A DNA stretch of 64,000 nt from Fimbriimonadales bacterium (GCA_045862955.1 BTVI01000003.1:32001-96000), one strand, 5' to 3'. Shown: positions 8,877 to 17,578, counted from the first letter of the stretch. Translations and numbers: made by a program. Notes: a model not told the origin generated them from the letters alone.

Positions 8877-10097
8877 GTGGAAACCGAGATGCGAACGCAT
8901 GTGATGAAGCCTTATACGATAGCTGCCGCCGCATACGTCCTGGCGGGCGTAGGGGGTGTCGGAGCGGTGTTACTGCACGTTGGCGAACCTCGGCAGTACT
9001 CGGAACCCGTCTTCTACTATGCTCCCGACTGCCCCGGCTGTGGTGACGTGCTGCCCTCTATAAAGCAGTTGGCAGGCTTGCGTTACGTGGATATCTCGCA
9101 GGCAGACGGATACGAGCGGGCTGTCGCGGCGCAAGGCAGCCCCGAGGTCGAGGTTCCATATCTGCAACTCGTCGTAGCCGGCTCACTCCGTACTGCGGTG
9201 GGCTCGGACGAGGTCTCGGCTCTAGCCCATGCGGTCACTGCTACCGACCGCGAACGAGAGACCTCGTTCAAGGTGGCTGTTGGGCTGCTTGGAATAGTCC
9301 TGCTTGCCGGCGCCGCGTCCTGGGCTTGGCTGGGCGAGCTGGCCCCTCCTGCGGGCGTTCTTCTCTCGCTTCTGGCGGCGATGAGGCCGTGCACGGCATG
9401 CGCGTCGGGGGATCGCCTGCTGAGTGCGGCAGCCTCGGTTCTGGGCGTGGCCGTCTTCCTTTGCATCATGGTGGCAGCCCGAGCGCAGGCGCCGCCGAGA
9501 CACGTGGCGGCCTGGCTGTGCGTAGCCGGAGCCATAGTACAGGCGGGCATGCTGGTAGTAGCTCCGAAATTCTGTGTTCCGTGCCTCGGGGTAGGCCTAT
9601 GCTTCCTGCTCGGCGCCAAGATGCTGCCCAACCTGCCCGTGCCTACCGTGTCGCATCCCCAGAGGTCTCGCGCATGGACAGTCTTCGCCGGGGCGGCACT
9701 AGGGTGCAGCGTTGCACTGCAGGCCGCCTCATCGTCGTACTGGCCCGTTCCCAGCGGAGGTCGCCCCATCGCTGAGTATCGGGGCAAAGAGGCATCGGAG
9801 CTTGTCGGCATGCTCCCCGAGGGAGCGCCCCGGCTCGTGGTGCTGGTGGTGGCGGGGTGCGAGGCATGCCAACGTGCGGTGGGGGCGCTCACGAGGGGCG
9901 GGGTGCCCTTCATTGCAGTGCAGAGATGCAGCGAAGCTGCCGGTCCACCCTGCTTCGCCGATGCAGCGCTAGACACCGCATACCCCACCTTTCTGGTGCT
10001 GGACGAGAGCGGGCGGATCGAGAGGATTTCGGCGGGATGGCCTTCGGGTGCAACCGCCGATGAAGCCGTCGAGTATTACAGGAGGTGTACGCAGTGA
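8877..10097 (+). CDS. Membrane thiol-disulfide oxidoreductase: thioredoxin-like + VKOR-like + thioredoxin-like fusion
   Basis: Four CxxC motifs: FYYAPDCPGC...VP (Trx-like); CTAC in a loop and FCVPC at the start of a TM helix (VKOR-like); VAGCEAC...YPTFLVLDESG (Trx/TlpA-like). Start may be 8889 or 8904. Confidence 0.7.
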   Translation: METEMRTHVMKPYTIAAAAYVLAGVGGVGAVLLHVGEPRQYSEPVFYYAPDCPGCGDVLPSIKQLAGLRYVDISQADGYERAVAAQGSPEVEVPYLQLVVAGSLRTAVGSDEVSALAHAVTATDRERETSFKVAVGLLGIVLLAGAASWAWLGELAPPAGVLLSLLAAMRPCTACASGDRLLSAAASVLGVAVFLCIMVAARAQAPPRHVAAWLCVAGAIVQAGMLVVAPKFCVPCLGVGLCFLLGAKMLPNLPVPTVSHPQRSRAWTVFAGAALGCSVALQAASSSYWPVPSGGRPIAEYRGKEASELVGMLPEGAPRLVVLVVAGCEACQRAVGALTRGGVPFIAVQRCSEAAGPPCFADAALDTAYPTFLVLDESGRIERISAGWPSGATADEAVEYYRRCTQ

Positions 10098-10492
10098 AGC
10101 TCGACACGTTGCTGAGGAAATCCTGGCGCGGCGCCGTTGCCGTGCTTGGCGTGACGATGATTCTGGGGCTGATCCAGATGCCCGGCAGCGGGCAGGTGCC
10201 GCCACCCATAGACCCCGATGACTGCAAGCCGAGCGTTCAATCAGACACGGGGTGCAAGGACTTCCAGTATATGTGCAGCCTACTAGGCTGGAACTGGCAG
10301 ATCATCGTAGAATGCCACAGGTGGTGTTGCTATCGCGATGGATACCTATACGCGACGATCTGGGAAGTACCCTCGGCGTGTGACTGTACGCAGAACCGGA
10401 CCGAGTGCTGTTCGATCTTCTTCCCGAGAAACTGCATGGAGACTGCACAGCACATGCAGAGCACGAAGCCATGCCCGCAGGTTGAGCGCTGA
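10094..10492 (+). CDS. Secreted 12-Cys miniprotein, variant 1
   Basis: AGGAGGTG RBS, GTG start overlapping the upstream TGA, basic+hydrophobic signal peptide, Pro-rich linker, 12 Cys; paralog at 12134. Confidence 0.85.
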   Translation: MKLDTLLRKSWRGAVAVLGVTMILGLIQMPGSGQVPPPIDPDDCKPSVQSDTGCKDFQYMCSLLGWNWQIIVECHRWCCYRDGYLYATIWEVPSACDCTQNRTECCSIFFPRNCMETAQHMQSTKPCPQVER

Positions 10493-10672
10493 GGTTCTAT
10501 GAGGAGTGACCAAGGCCGGGTACCCGGACGTGCTCGTCGCTCTCCGTTCGGGCGGTACTGCTGGGCGATCGTGCAGGGGAAAATGCGCGTGGCCCGCGGT
10601 GTCGGACGCCACTCTCCCCCGCGCGGGGCCGAGAGGTCGTTGTCGGTTATCACGTAGGAGGGGAAATCGGAC

Positions 10673-11083
10673 ATGAGCGGACTGGCGGATGAGATTCGAT
10701 CGTGGCGTCCAATATACCAGTGCGTGGCGCTAGGGGCGGCCGCAGGATTCACGTTCGGCGTCTTCGCCATGGTAGGCTACTACGTCCTCGGGGAATTCAG
10801 AGGTGAGCCGACGCAGACTGTCGCTATCAGCACCCTACTCTGTGCACTTGTCATAGCGCCTTGCGAGTCTCGGTGGGGCAGAGCCGGCTTGATCTGGGCG
10901 AACGCAGCCCTAGCCGTAGTCTGGATCGCGTTCTACTTGGTGGCTGCAGCCTACACCGGCCGCGTGTTCGTCGTCGGAGGTCTACGCGGCACTATCGTGG
11001 TGCTAACCGTGCTGCCCCTGCTAGCGGCGGGCAGTAGTGTGCTGTACGTACGGTTTCGGCATAGTCTGATGGTTGGTCGCTAA
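10673..11083 (+). CDS. Small ~4-TM membrane protein (candidate immunity/partner), variant A
   Basis: AGGAGG RBS; hydrophobic 136 aa; paralogs at 12672 and 13114. Confidence 0.8.
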   Translation: MSGLADEIRSWRPIYQCVALGAAAGFTFGVFAMVGYYVLGEFRGEPTQTVAISTLLCALVIAPCESRWGRAGLIWANAALAVVWIAFYLVAAAYTGRVFVVGGLRGTIVVLTVLPLLAAGSSVLYVRFRHSLMVGR

Positions 11084-11093
11084 GAGGTGTTGT

Positions 11094-11822
11094 ATGCTCA
11101 GGCGTGGTGTGGGACTAACGCTCGTGGAGCTACTCGTGGTCACCGCAGTGATCGCCGCGCTCGCTGCGATTCTGTATCCGGTAGTCACAGTCGCACGGAA
11201 ACGTGGGCAGAGCGCTCAGATCGTGAGTAACATGCGACAGCTCGCACAAGCGGTTAATGTATATATGGATGACTACTGCCTGCGTTTGCCACCCTTAGAT
11301 CCCAGGCCTCTACTGAAGAACCCGGCGGTCAGAGCCATCGCCTACTACCCACACAAGATGGCGACGCGGTCGGAGATGGACAGCGCACCGAGAGAAGAAG
11401 TTCCATTCCTCGGAGACTACGTGTACTGCCGGGAGGTGATCGGGCCGTCCGTTGGCTACGTGGTGTTTGATCACTGGCCAGACTTCTGGCGCGACCCCGA
11501 CGCTGTGTGGAACCACTACTGGACGGGCGTTCCGGCTTCCCCTGTCATCCTGGTATCCCTGCACGACGCGGGCTTTCACATGCTACCCCGCCAGAAGCCG
11601 CTGTGGGCGGTCTTCGACACCAAGTATGATGATCCGCCGCCGCCACCGTGGCTTCGTTTTCCCCCTAGGGTGCTGCGCTGTCGGCTGGACACTTCGGTGC
11701 GCACGTACCGTATCTTGAGGCACATGCAGACGAACATGGTCTTCTCCTATCTGCCGCTCTGTAGGAACAGGTTTGTCTGCTGTAGGACGTGTGAGGAGGC
11801 TGGTCAATACTGTTCGGAATAG
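11094..11822 (+). CDS. Prepilin-type N-terminal cleavage/methylation protein with Cys-rich C-terminus, copy 1
   Basis: RRGVG|LTLVELLVVTAVIAALAAILYPV...SNMRQL; ends CRNRFVCCRTCEEAGQYCSE; GAGGTG RBS before ATG 11094. Confidence 0.85.
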   Translation: MLRRGVGLTLVELLVVTAVIAALAAILYPVVTVARKRGQSAQIVSNMRQLAQAVNVYMDDYCLRLPPLDPRPLLKNPAVRAIAYYPHKMATRSEMDSAPREEVPFLGDYVYCREVIGPSVGYVVFDHWPDFWRDPDAVWNHYWTGVPASPVILVSLHDAGFHMLPRQKPLWAVFDTKYDDPPPPPWLRFPPRVLRCRLDTSVRTYRILRHMQTNMVFSYLPLCRNRFVCCRTCEEAGQYCSE

Positions 11823-11876
11823 CCTCCGACGACGTCGGGGCGAAGCCCCCCTGTCTGCTCGGTAGCGCCAGGCGAC

Positions 11877-12137
11877 TTGGTGCTGGTGATGGCGGGGTGC
11901 GAGGCGTGCGAGCGTGCGGTGGGGGCGCTCACGAGGGGCGGGGTGCCCTTCATTGCAGTGCGGAGATGCAGCGAAGCTGCCGGTCCACCCTGCTTCGCCG
12001 ATGCAGCGCTAGACACGGCATACCCCACCTTTCTGGTGCTGGACGAGAGCGGGCGGATGGAGAGGATTTCGGCGGGATGGCCTTCGGGTGCAACCGCCGA
12101 TGAAGCCGTCGAGTATTACAGGAGGTGTACGCAGTGA
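11877..12137 (+). pseudogene. 5'-truncated copy of the C-terminal thioredoxin domain of 8877-10097 (frame still open)
   Basis: Near-identical to 9838-10097; keeps CEAC and YPT but has no membrane anchor; contains the RBS for miniprotein 2. Confidence 0.75.
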
Positions 12138-12523
12138 AGCTCGACACGTTGCTGAGGAAATCCTGGCGCGGCGCCGTTGCCGTACTTGGCGTGACGATGA
12201 TTCTGGGGCTGATACCGGTGCACACGTTGGGACAGGGAACGCCCCCGCCGCCGATGCAGTGCACGACCACTTCCCATGGGATGTTCGGCTGCAAGGACTA
12301 CCCTGGTTCATGCTCAACCTCAGAGACTAACTGGGACATTATCGTCGCTTGCGATCGCAAGTGCTGTTATGTCGAAGGACAACTCTACTCCGAGACGTGG
12401 ACTCTTTCGTCTAACTGCTGGTGCGTTCAGCTGCAGGGCTGCTGCGATTATAATCGCAATTGCACACAGACGGCGGACATGATCAAGGACAGGTGGCCCT
12501 GCCCGCGATACCAGCAGCAGTAG
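12134..12523 (+). CDS. Secreted 12-Cys miniprotein, variant 2
   Basis: Same leader and 12-Cys framework as 10094-10492, with divergent loops. Confidence 0.85.
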   Translation: MKLDTLLRKSWRGAVAVLGVTMILGLIPVHTLGQGTPPPPMQCTTTSHGMFGCKDYPGSCSTSETNWDIIVACDRKCCYVEGQLYSETWTLSSNCWCVQLQGCCDYNRNCTQTADMIKDRWPCPRYQQQ

Positions 12524-12671
12524 GAGCTTAGCAGCATGAGGCTTGAGAACGGCGGGCACACCGCGAGTGGCTACGCGCAGGGCCTCAGGTCACACCCTCC
12601 CAGGGAGGAATTGGCGCGTGAGGAACCAGCCCCGCTTGTCGTGTTGGCGAACTTCTGAAAGAGGAATCTAA

Positions 12672-13088
12672 GTGGACGTTAGGTATCGCGGCATTTGGGA
12701 CGAGGTGAGGGCATGGCCTGCATGGGTCCGTGTTCCGGCTGTCGGTGCCGCTGCCGGCGCTTCCTTTGGGGTGTTTGCATCGGTGGGGTACTATTTGGTT
12801 GGGCAGTACCGTGGTAGGCCATGGGAGATCGCCATCATCGCTGCTTTGTGGGGCGCTGCAGTTGTCGCTCCTCTGCACAACAGGTACGGCCGCGCAGCAA
12901 TAGCATATGCCACCTTGCTAGCAGCAACCTTGTGGCTGCCGTTCTCTGTGTACACGGGCCAGCTTACCGCGGAGCACATGGCCACCGAGCTCTTCTATAC
13001 TATTCTGTACGTCACGACATTGCCGCTCCTATCCGTCGGCACGTCGACGGTCTATACACTGATGGAGCGGGCAATGCGTGGGCACTAG
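12672..13088 (+). CDS. Small ~4-TM membrane protein, variant B
   Basis: Divergent homolog of 10673 (DEVRAW/DEIRSW; GAAAG..FGVFA.VGYY..G..RG.P; YTG; LPLL); GAGGA RBS. Confidence 0.8.
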   Translation: MDVRYRGIWDEVRAWPAWVRVPAVGAAAGASFGVFASVGYYLVGQYRGRPWEIAIIAALWGAAVVAPLHNRYGRAAIAYATLLAATLWLPFSVYTGQLTAEHMATELFYTILYVTTLPLLSVGTSTVYTLMERAMRGH

Positions 13089-13113
13089 CGGTACATCCGA
13101 CGAGGAGCGCTAA

Positions 13114-13505
13114 TTGGGGACGGGCGGACTAGCGGATGAGATTCGATCGTGGCGTCCAATATACCAGTGCATGGCGCTAGGAACGGCCGCAGGATTCGCC
13201 TTCGGCGTCTTCGCCACGGCAGGCTACTACGTACTCGGGCAATTCAGAGGTGAGCCGATGCAGACTGTCGCTATCAGCACCCTACTCTGTGCACTTGTCG
13301 TAGGGCCTTGCGAGTTTCGGTGGGGCACAGCCGGCTTGATCTGGGCGAACGCAGCCCTAGCCCTAGTCTGGATCGGGTTCTACTTGGTGGCTGCAGCGGA
13401 GGTCCACTCGGCACTATCGTGCTGCTAACCGCGCTGCCCCTGCTAGCGGCGGGCAGTAGCGTGCTGTACGTTCTGTTTCGGCATCGTCCGATGGTCGGTC
13501 GCTAG
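13114..13505 (+). pseudogene. Frameshifted copy of membrane protein variant A
   Basis: 25-bp deletion at 13397/13398 relative to 10951-10975 splits the ORF into 13114-13428 and an out-of-frame C-terminus ending at 13505. Confidence 0.85.
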
Positions 13506-13515
13506 GAGGTGTCGT

Positions 13516-14250
13516 ATGCTTAGGCGTGTCGTCGCACTGACGCTGATAGAGCTACTCGTGGTCATTGCAGTGATCGCCGCGCTCGCTGCGATTCTGTACC
13601 CTGTCATCTCGGGAGCGCGGAAACGTGGGCAGAACGCTCAGATCGTGAGTAACATGCGGCAGCTCGCACAAGCGGTCAATGTCTACATGGAGGACAACCA
13701 CCTGCGTCTTCCGCCCTTCGACCCTAGGCCGCTGCTGAAGAACCCGGCGGTCAGAGCCATCGCCTACTACCCGCACAAGATGGCAACGCGGTCGGAGATG
13801 GACAGTGCACCCAGAGAAGAGGTTCCATTCCTCGGAGACTATGTGTACTGCCGGCAGGTGGTCGGAGTCTCTGCAAACTACTTCGTGGTTGAGCGCTGGC
13901 CCGACGTCATTTGGCGCGACCCCGACGCCGTGTGGCGCAACTACTGGACAGACATTTCGGCGTCACCTGTCATCCTGGTATCCCTGCACGACGCGGGCTT
14001 TCAGATGCTGCCCCGCCAGCAGCCGCTCGGGGACTCCGTCCCGGACACTGAACACGACAAGCCGGTCAGACCACCGCCGGTGAACTTCCCGCCGAGGGTC
14101 CTTAGGTGTAGGCTGGACACTTCGGTGCGGACGTATCGAATCGTGGAGCACATGCAAACGAACATGGGATTCTCGTATATCCCGTTGTGTATGAACAAGT
14201 ATGCCTGCTGCAAGCACTGCCAAGAGGCGGGCCAGGACTGCTCCGAATAG
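13516..14250 (+). CDS. Prepilin-type protein with Cys-rich C-terminus, copy 2
   Basis: [24 protein letters not shown]; ends CMNKYACCKHCQEAGQDCSE; AGGAGGTG RBS. Confidence 0.85.
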   Translation: MLRRVVALTLIELLVVIAVIAALAAILYPVISGARKRGQNAQIVSNMRQLAQAVNVYMEDNHLRLPPFDPRPLLKNPAVRAIAYYPHKMATRSEMDSAPREEVPFLGDYVYCRQVVGVSANYFVVERWPDVIWRDPDAVWRNYWTDISASPVILVSLHDAGFQMLPRQQPLGDSVPDTEHDKPVRPPPVNFPPRVLRCRLDTSVRTYRIVEHMQTNMGFSYIPLCMNKYACCKHCQEAGQDCSE

Positions 14251-14262
14251 CGGTAGACGACA

Positions 14263-16464
14263 TCAGGGCGACGGTGCGGTTGCCTGCTCGGTAGAACCCG
14301 GCGACTTGTAGGAAGGCAGCGGGATGCGCCATGCGCCGCGCCCGTGCGTGGCAGCCGTCAGGTAGCCGGTGCGCCGGTTGAGCGATAGGCTCTCGACCGG
14401 AGTGTGCGGGATGCCCTTGCCGAAGCGCTTCCACTGCCCTCCCCCGGTGTTCGACACGAACACGCCGCAATCCAGCGCCACGTAGATGTCGTCCGGTCGG
14501 GTAGGGTCAATGGCGATGTGACGCACGGGAGCATCCGGAAGGTTGTCATCTACCGAGCGCCAGGAACCACCCGCGTTTTCCGTGAGGAACACGTGCTTGT
14601 TACCGAACCCGGCCAGCCCGACGATCACCCTACGCGGCGAGCGAGGGTCTACGGCGACCCAAGTGATCCACTGCGCGGGCAGTCCCGCCGAGATGTCGTA
14701 CCACTGTTCACCCGTGTTAGGAGTGACCCACATCCGCCCCCACCGGTTGCCGCAGTAGATCACCTCGGACTTGCCATAGGCGATACCAATCGCGGATATG
14801 GGGCCGATGTCACCGCTGATAACCTTCCACGTGTCGCCCCCATCGGTGGTGCGCGACGCGCGGAGGGCCCCCGCAACCAGGATGTCCGGGTCGTTCGGGT
14901 CCATGGCATAGGGTGCATAGAACAGCGCGCCCGTGCGGTCGATCCTATCGGCGATGGACTGCCAGCTCTCGCCCCCGTCGTCCGACTGATACATGGCAAG
15001 CCCTACGTAGGTGGAATAGGCCCGCTTGGGGTTCTTATAGTTGAAGAGACTGATGCCACCGTCTCCCTGCACCGATATCCGCCACACGGGGTTGCCGCGG
15101 TACTTGAGTGTGCCGTTATCCTGTGTGCCACCAATGGCATCGTATGGGTCCCACGGGTGCGTGTCTATGGTTTCGAATTGGATGTTGGCCAGGCCGGTGT
15201 TGATGGCACGCCAGGTGTCGCCTCGGTCATAGGTGACGAACATGCCGCCATCGGTGGCGCCATAGAGCACCTTCGGGTCGTGTGGGTCGAAGGCGTACCC
15301 GTGCCAGTCGGGATGAACGCCCCACTGGAAGGACCGTGCTGCGTCGATCCAAGTCTCGCCGCCATCCAAGCTGCGGAAGCAGCTGGAGCCCGCCGCATAC
15401 ACCACCTTCGGATCGTCCGGCCCGCATGCGAGGAAGTTATCGTACCAGCTGCCGTAGTTCGGTGCGTTGGGGAGGTGCACCCACGTTCGGCCGCCATCGT
15501 CTGTTCGGTACATGACGATGCCCGCATCGGTGACATAGGAGACGTACACGGTGTTGGGCACGTCGCGGCACTGGGCGAGTTGAGTGCGACCGAAGGTGCC
15601 TGGCGCGCGCAGTCCTCCCTCGAGCATCTCCCACGTGTTCCCCGAGTCATTCGTCTTGAATACACCTTCTTTGGGTGGGGTCCCACCACAGGCGTAGAAG
15701 GTATCCGGCTGCTTGGGGCTGTTGACGACGTCGCGGAAGTAGCCCTCGAGCAGTCGCGTCCAGGTGTTGCCTCCATCGAGAGAGCGAAAGAGACCGCGCG
15801 ATGTGGCGGCCAGCAGCAACCCCGGGATCTTGGGGCTCGCGGTCAGCTTGGCCCAATACGCGCCCGCGAACTGCTCTTCGGCCAGCAGCTCCCATGTGCG
15901 GCCCGCATCCATTGAGCGCAAGAGCCCCGCACCGAAGTAGCTGTCTCCGGAGCCGTGCGCCTCACCAGTGCCCGCGTAGATGATGTCCGGGTTGAATGGG
16001 TCGAGAATGAGCGAGCCGAAAGAGAGAGACGCCTCGAAGTCCGAGAGCGGCTCCCAACTCGCACCCCGGTTGGTGCTCTTGAACACTCCGCCGTGCGATG
16101 CGCCGATGTAGATGCGGTTGGTGTTGCGCGGGTCCACCGCGATGCTACTGACACGCCCCGCACACTCGTACCCGCCCCATCCATCGCGGAGTTTGCTGGG
16201 ACCGATGAACTCCCACGCGGGCACGTTGCCCTTGGCATCCGTCCAGTAAGGCAACTGGAGAGCGGCCAGCCAGGCCGAACGCCGCGCCTGCCACGCGGGC
16301 GCCTGGGGCGAGACGCGGAGCTGGTCGAAGTACTCCTCACGCTGCTCGAGTAGCTTGGCATACTGAGAGACGAGCTGTACGGGCGGGCGGTCTTGCGCGT
16401 CCTTCGGTGGGCCTATTTGTACGAGAAAGGCGGCGAGCACGACCAGCGATGCAACGAACCCCAT
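14263..16464 (-). CDS. Secreted BNR/Asp-box beta-propeller protein (GH74/VPS10-like)
   Basis: Signal peptide; many S/T-x-D-x-G-x-T-W boxes (RSMDAGRTW, RSLDGGNTW, RTDDGGRTW), GGTQDNG, ATHGRG. Confidence 0.85.
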   Translation of the reverse strand: MGFVASLVVLAAFLVQIGPPKDAQDRPPVQLVSQYAKLLEQREEYFDQLRVSPQAPAWQARRSAWLAALQLPYWTDAKGNVPAWEFIGPSKLRDGWGGYECAGRVSSIAVDPRNTNRIYIGASHGGVFKSTNRGASWEPLSDFEASLSFGSLILDPFNPDIIYAGTGEAHGSGDSYFGAGLLRSMDAGRTWELLAEEQFAGAYWAKLTASPKIPGLLLAATSRGLFRSLDGGNTWTRLLEGYFRDVVNSPKQPDTFYACGGTPPKEGVFKTNDSGNTWEMLEGGLRAPGTFGRTQLAQCRDVPNTVYVSYVTDAGIVMYRTDDGGRTWVHLPNAPNYGSWYDNFLACGPDDPKVVYAAGSSCFRSLDGGETWIDAARSFQWGVHPDWHGYAFDPHDPKVLYGATDGGMFVTYDRGDTWRAINTGLANIQFETIDTHPWDPYDAIGGTQDNGTLKYRGNPVWRISVQGDGGISLFNYKNPKRAYSTYVGLAMYQSDDGGESWQSIADRIDRTGALFYAPYAMDPNDPDILVAGALRASRTTDGGDTWKVISGDIGPISAIGIAYGKSEVIYCGNRWGRMWVTPNTGEQWYDISAGLPAQWITWVAVDPRSPRRVIVGLAGFGNKHVFLTENAGGSWRSVDDNLPDAPVRHIAIDPTRPDDIYVALDCGVFVSNTGGGQWKRFGKGIPHTPVESLSLNRRTGYLTAATHGRGAWRIPLPSYKSPGSTEQATAPSP

Positions 16465-16789
16465 GCACTCCCGTTACGCCATCGAAATCCTCCTTCCTGC
16501 CCCGGTGACCTCGTGGCAGTAGGGGTTACCAGTATCGCAACAGTCGGCACACTGGCTGGACCTACGCGCTGCCCACACCTGCCCATGCGGTCTCGGGTCT
16601 GCCGGCATTCGAGAGCCATGGCGCTCACGGGCGATGCGGCCAACGGTACGGGGCAGCGAGCTGAGAGCCCGTGGGCCCCTCCGCGTATTCCGCTCTCATT
16701 CCGAGCCAGCCCGCAGTAGTGGTGGAGACATCAGCGCGCAGCAGGGCGGCAGCGATCGACGGGAGACCTGTCGCGGTAAACTGAGCCCC

Positions 16790-17530
16790 ATGCGACACAA
16801 GGACCGGACCGCCTTGGTCACCGGCGGCTGCCGGGGCATCGGATTGGCGGTCGCGCTGAGGCTGGCAGAGGAAGGCGCCGACGTCGCCATTATCTCCATC
16901 TCTCCCGAGTGCGTGGCAGCGGGCGTCGAGCGCATCCGCGCCCTCGGACGTCGTTCCGTGGGTGTCCCCGCCGACGTCTCCAAGACCGAGGAGGTGGAGC
17001 GGGCCTTCGGCCTGGTGACTCAGGAGCTCGGCGACATCCACTATTTGGTGAACAATGCCGGCGTCACCCGGGACCAGCTCCTGCTGCGGATGAAGGACGA
17101 GGACTGGGACCGCGTGATCAACGTGAACCTGAGGGGGGCCTTTCTGTGCACGCGCCAGGTTACGCGCTCGATGATGAAGAACCGCTTTGGCCGCATCGTG
17201 AACATCAGCAGCATCGTGGGCCTCGGTGGGCAGGTGGCGCAGGCGAACTATGCGGCGAGCAAGGCCGGGCTGATCGGGCTGACCAAGAGTGTTGCGAAGG
17301 AACTCGGCTCGCGGGGTATCACATGCAACGCCGTCGCCCCGGGCTACATTCAGACCGAGATGACCCGGGACTTGCCGGAAGAGTTTCGAAGCTGGGCTGA
17401 GGAGCACGCGCCGCTGCGGCGCCTCGGATCGGTCGAGGACGTAGCGGGCGTGGTCAGTTTTCTGCTGTCCGATGACGCTGCGTTCATCACGGGTCAGACG
17501 CTGGTGGTGGACGGCGGGCTAACTCTATAG
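16790..17530 (+). CDS. fabG: 3-oxoacyl-ACP reductase
   Basis: TGGCRGIG, NNAGVTRD, YAASK; upstream of acpP-fabF. Confidence 0.95.
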   Translation: MRHKDRTALVTGGCRGIGLAVALRLAEEGADVAIISISPECVAAGVERIRALGRRSVGVPADVSKTEEVERAFGLVTQELGDIHYLVNNAGVTRDQLLLRMKDEDWDRVINVNLRGAFLCTRQVTRSMMKNRFGRIVNISSIVGLGGQVAQANYAASKAGLIGLTKSVAKELGSRGITCNAVAPGYIQTEMTRDLPEEFRSWAEEHAPLRRLGSVEDVAGVVSFLLSDDAAFITGQTLVVDGGLTL

Positions 17531-17578
17531 GGGACCGGGCCGCCGGGTGGTGGTCCGAAGCACGGAAGGAGTGAACTT

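Larger units (their letters stand above)
9838..14308 (+). repeat. Tandem segmental duplication (unit 1 about 9838-11877, unit 2 about 11878-14308)
   Basis: 9838-10173 matches 11878-12213 (offset 2040, about 8 mismatches by eye); 10677-11879 is homologous to 13124-14308. Confidence 0.92.

Noticed and set aside
10499..10657. Short ORFs between miniprotein and membrane genes (also 12536-12658)
   Set aside because: Not conserved between the two cassette copies and no convincing RBS.
10094..12523. Lanthipeptide/thiopeptide/radical-SAM RiPP or metallothionein interpretation of the Cys-rich ORFs
   Set aside because: No LanM/YcaO/SPASM enzyme or C39 transporter nearby. A Sec-type leader, an even Cys count and an adjacent thiol oxidoreductase favour exported disulfides, though metal binding is not excluded.
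14404..15915. 503-aa plus-strand ORF (also 18539-19678 minus and similar long ORFs)
   Set aside because: Antisense shadows of well-supported genes, expected at high GC.
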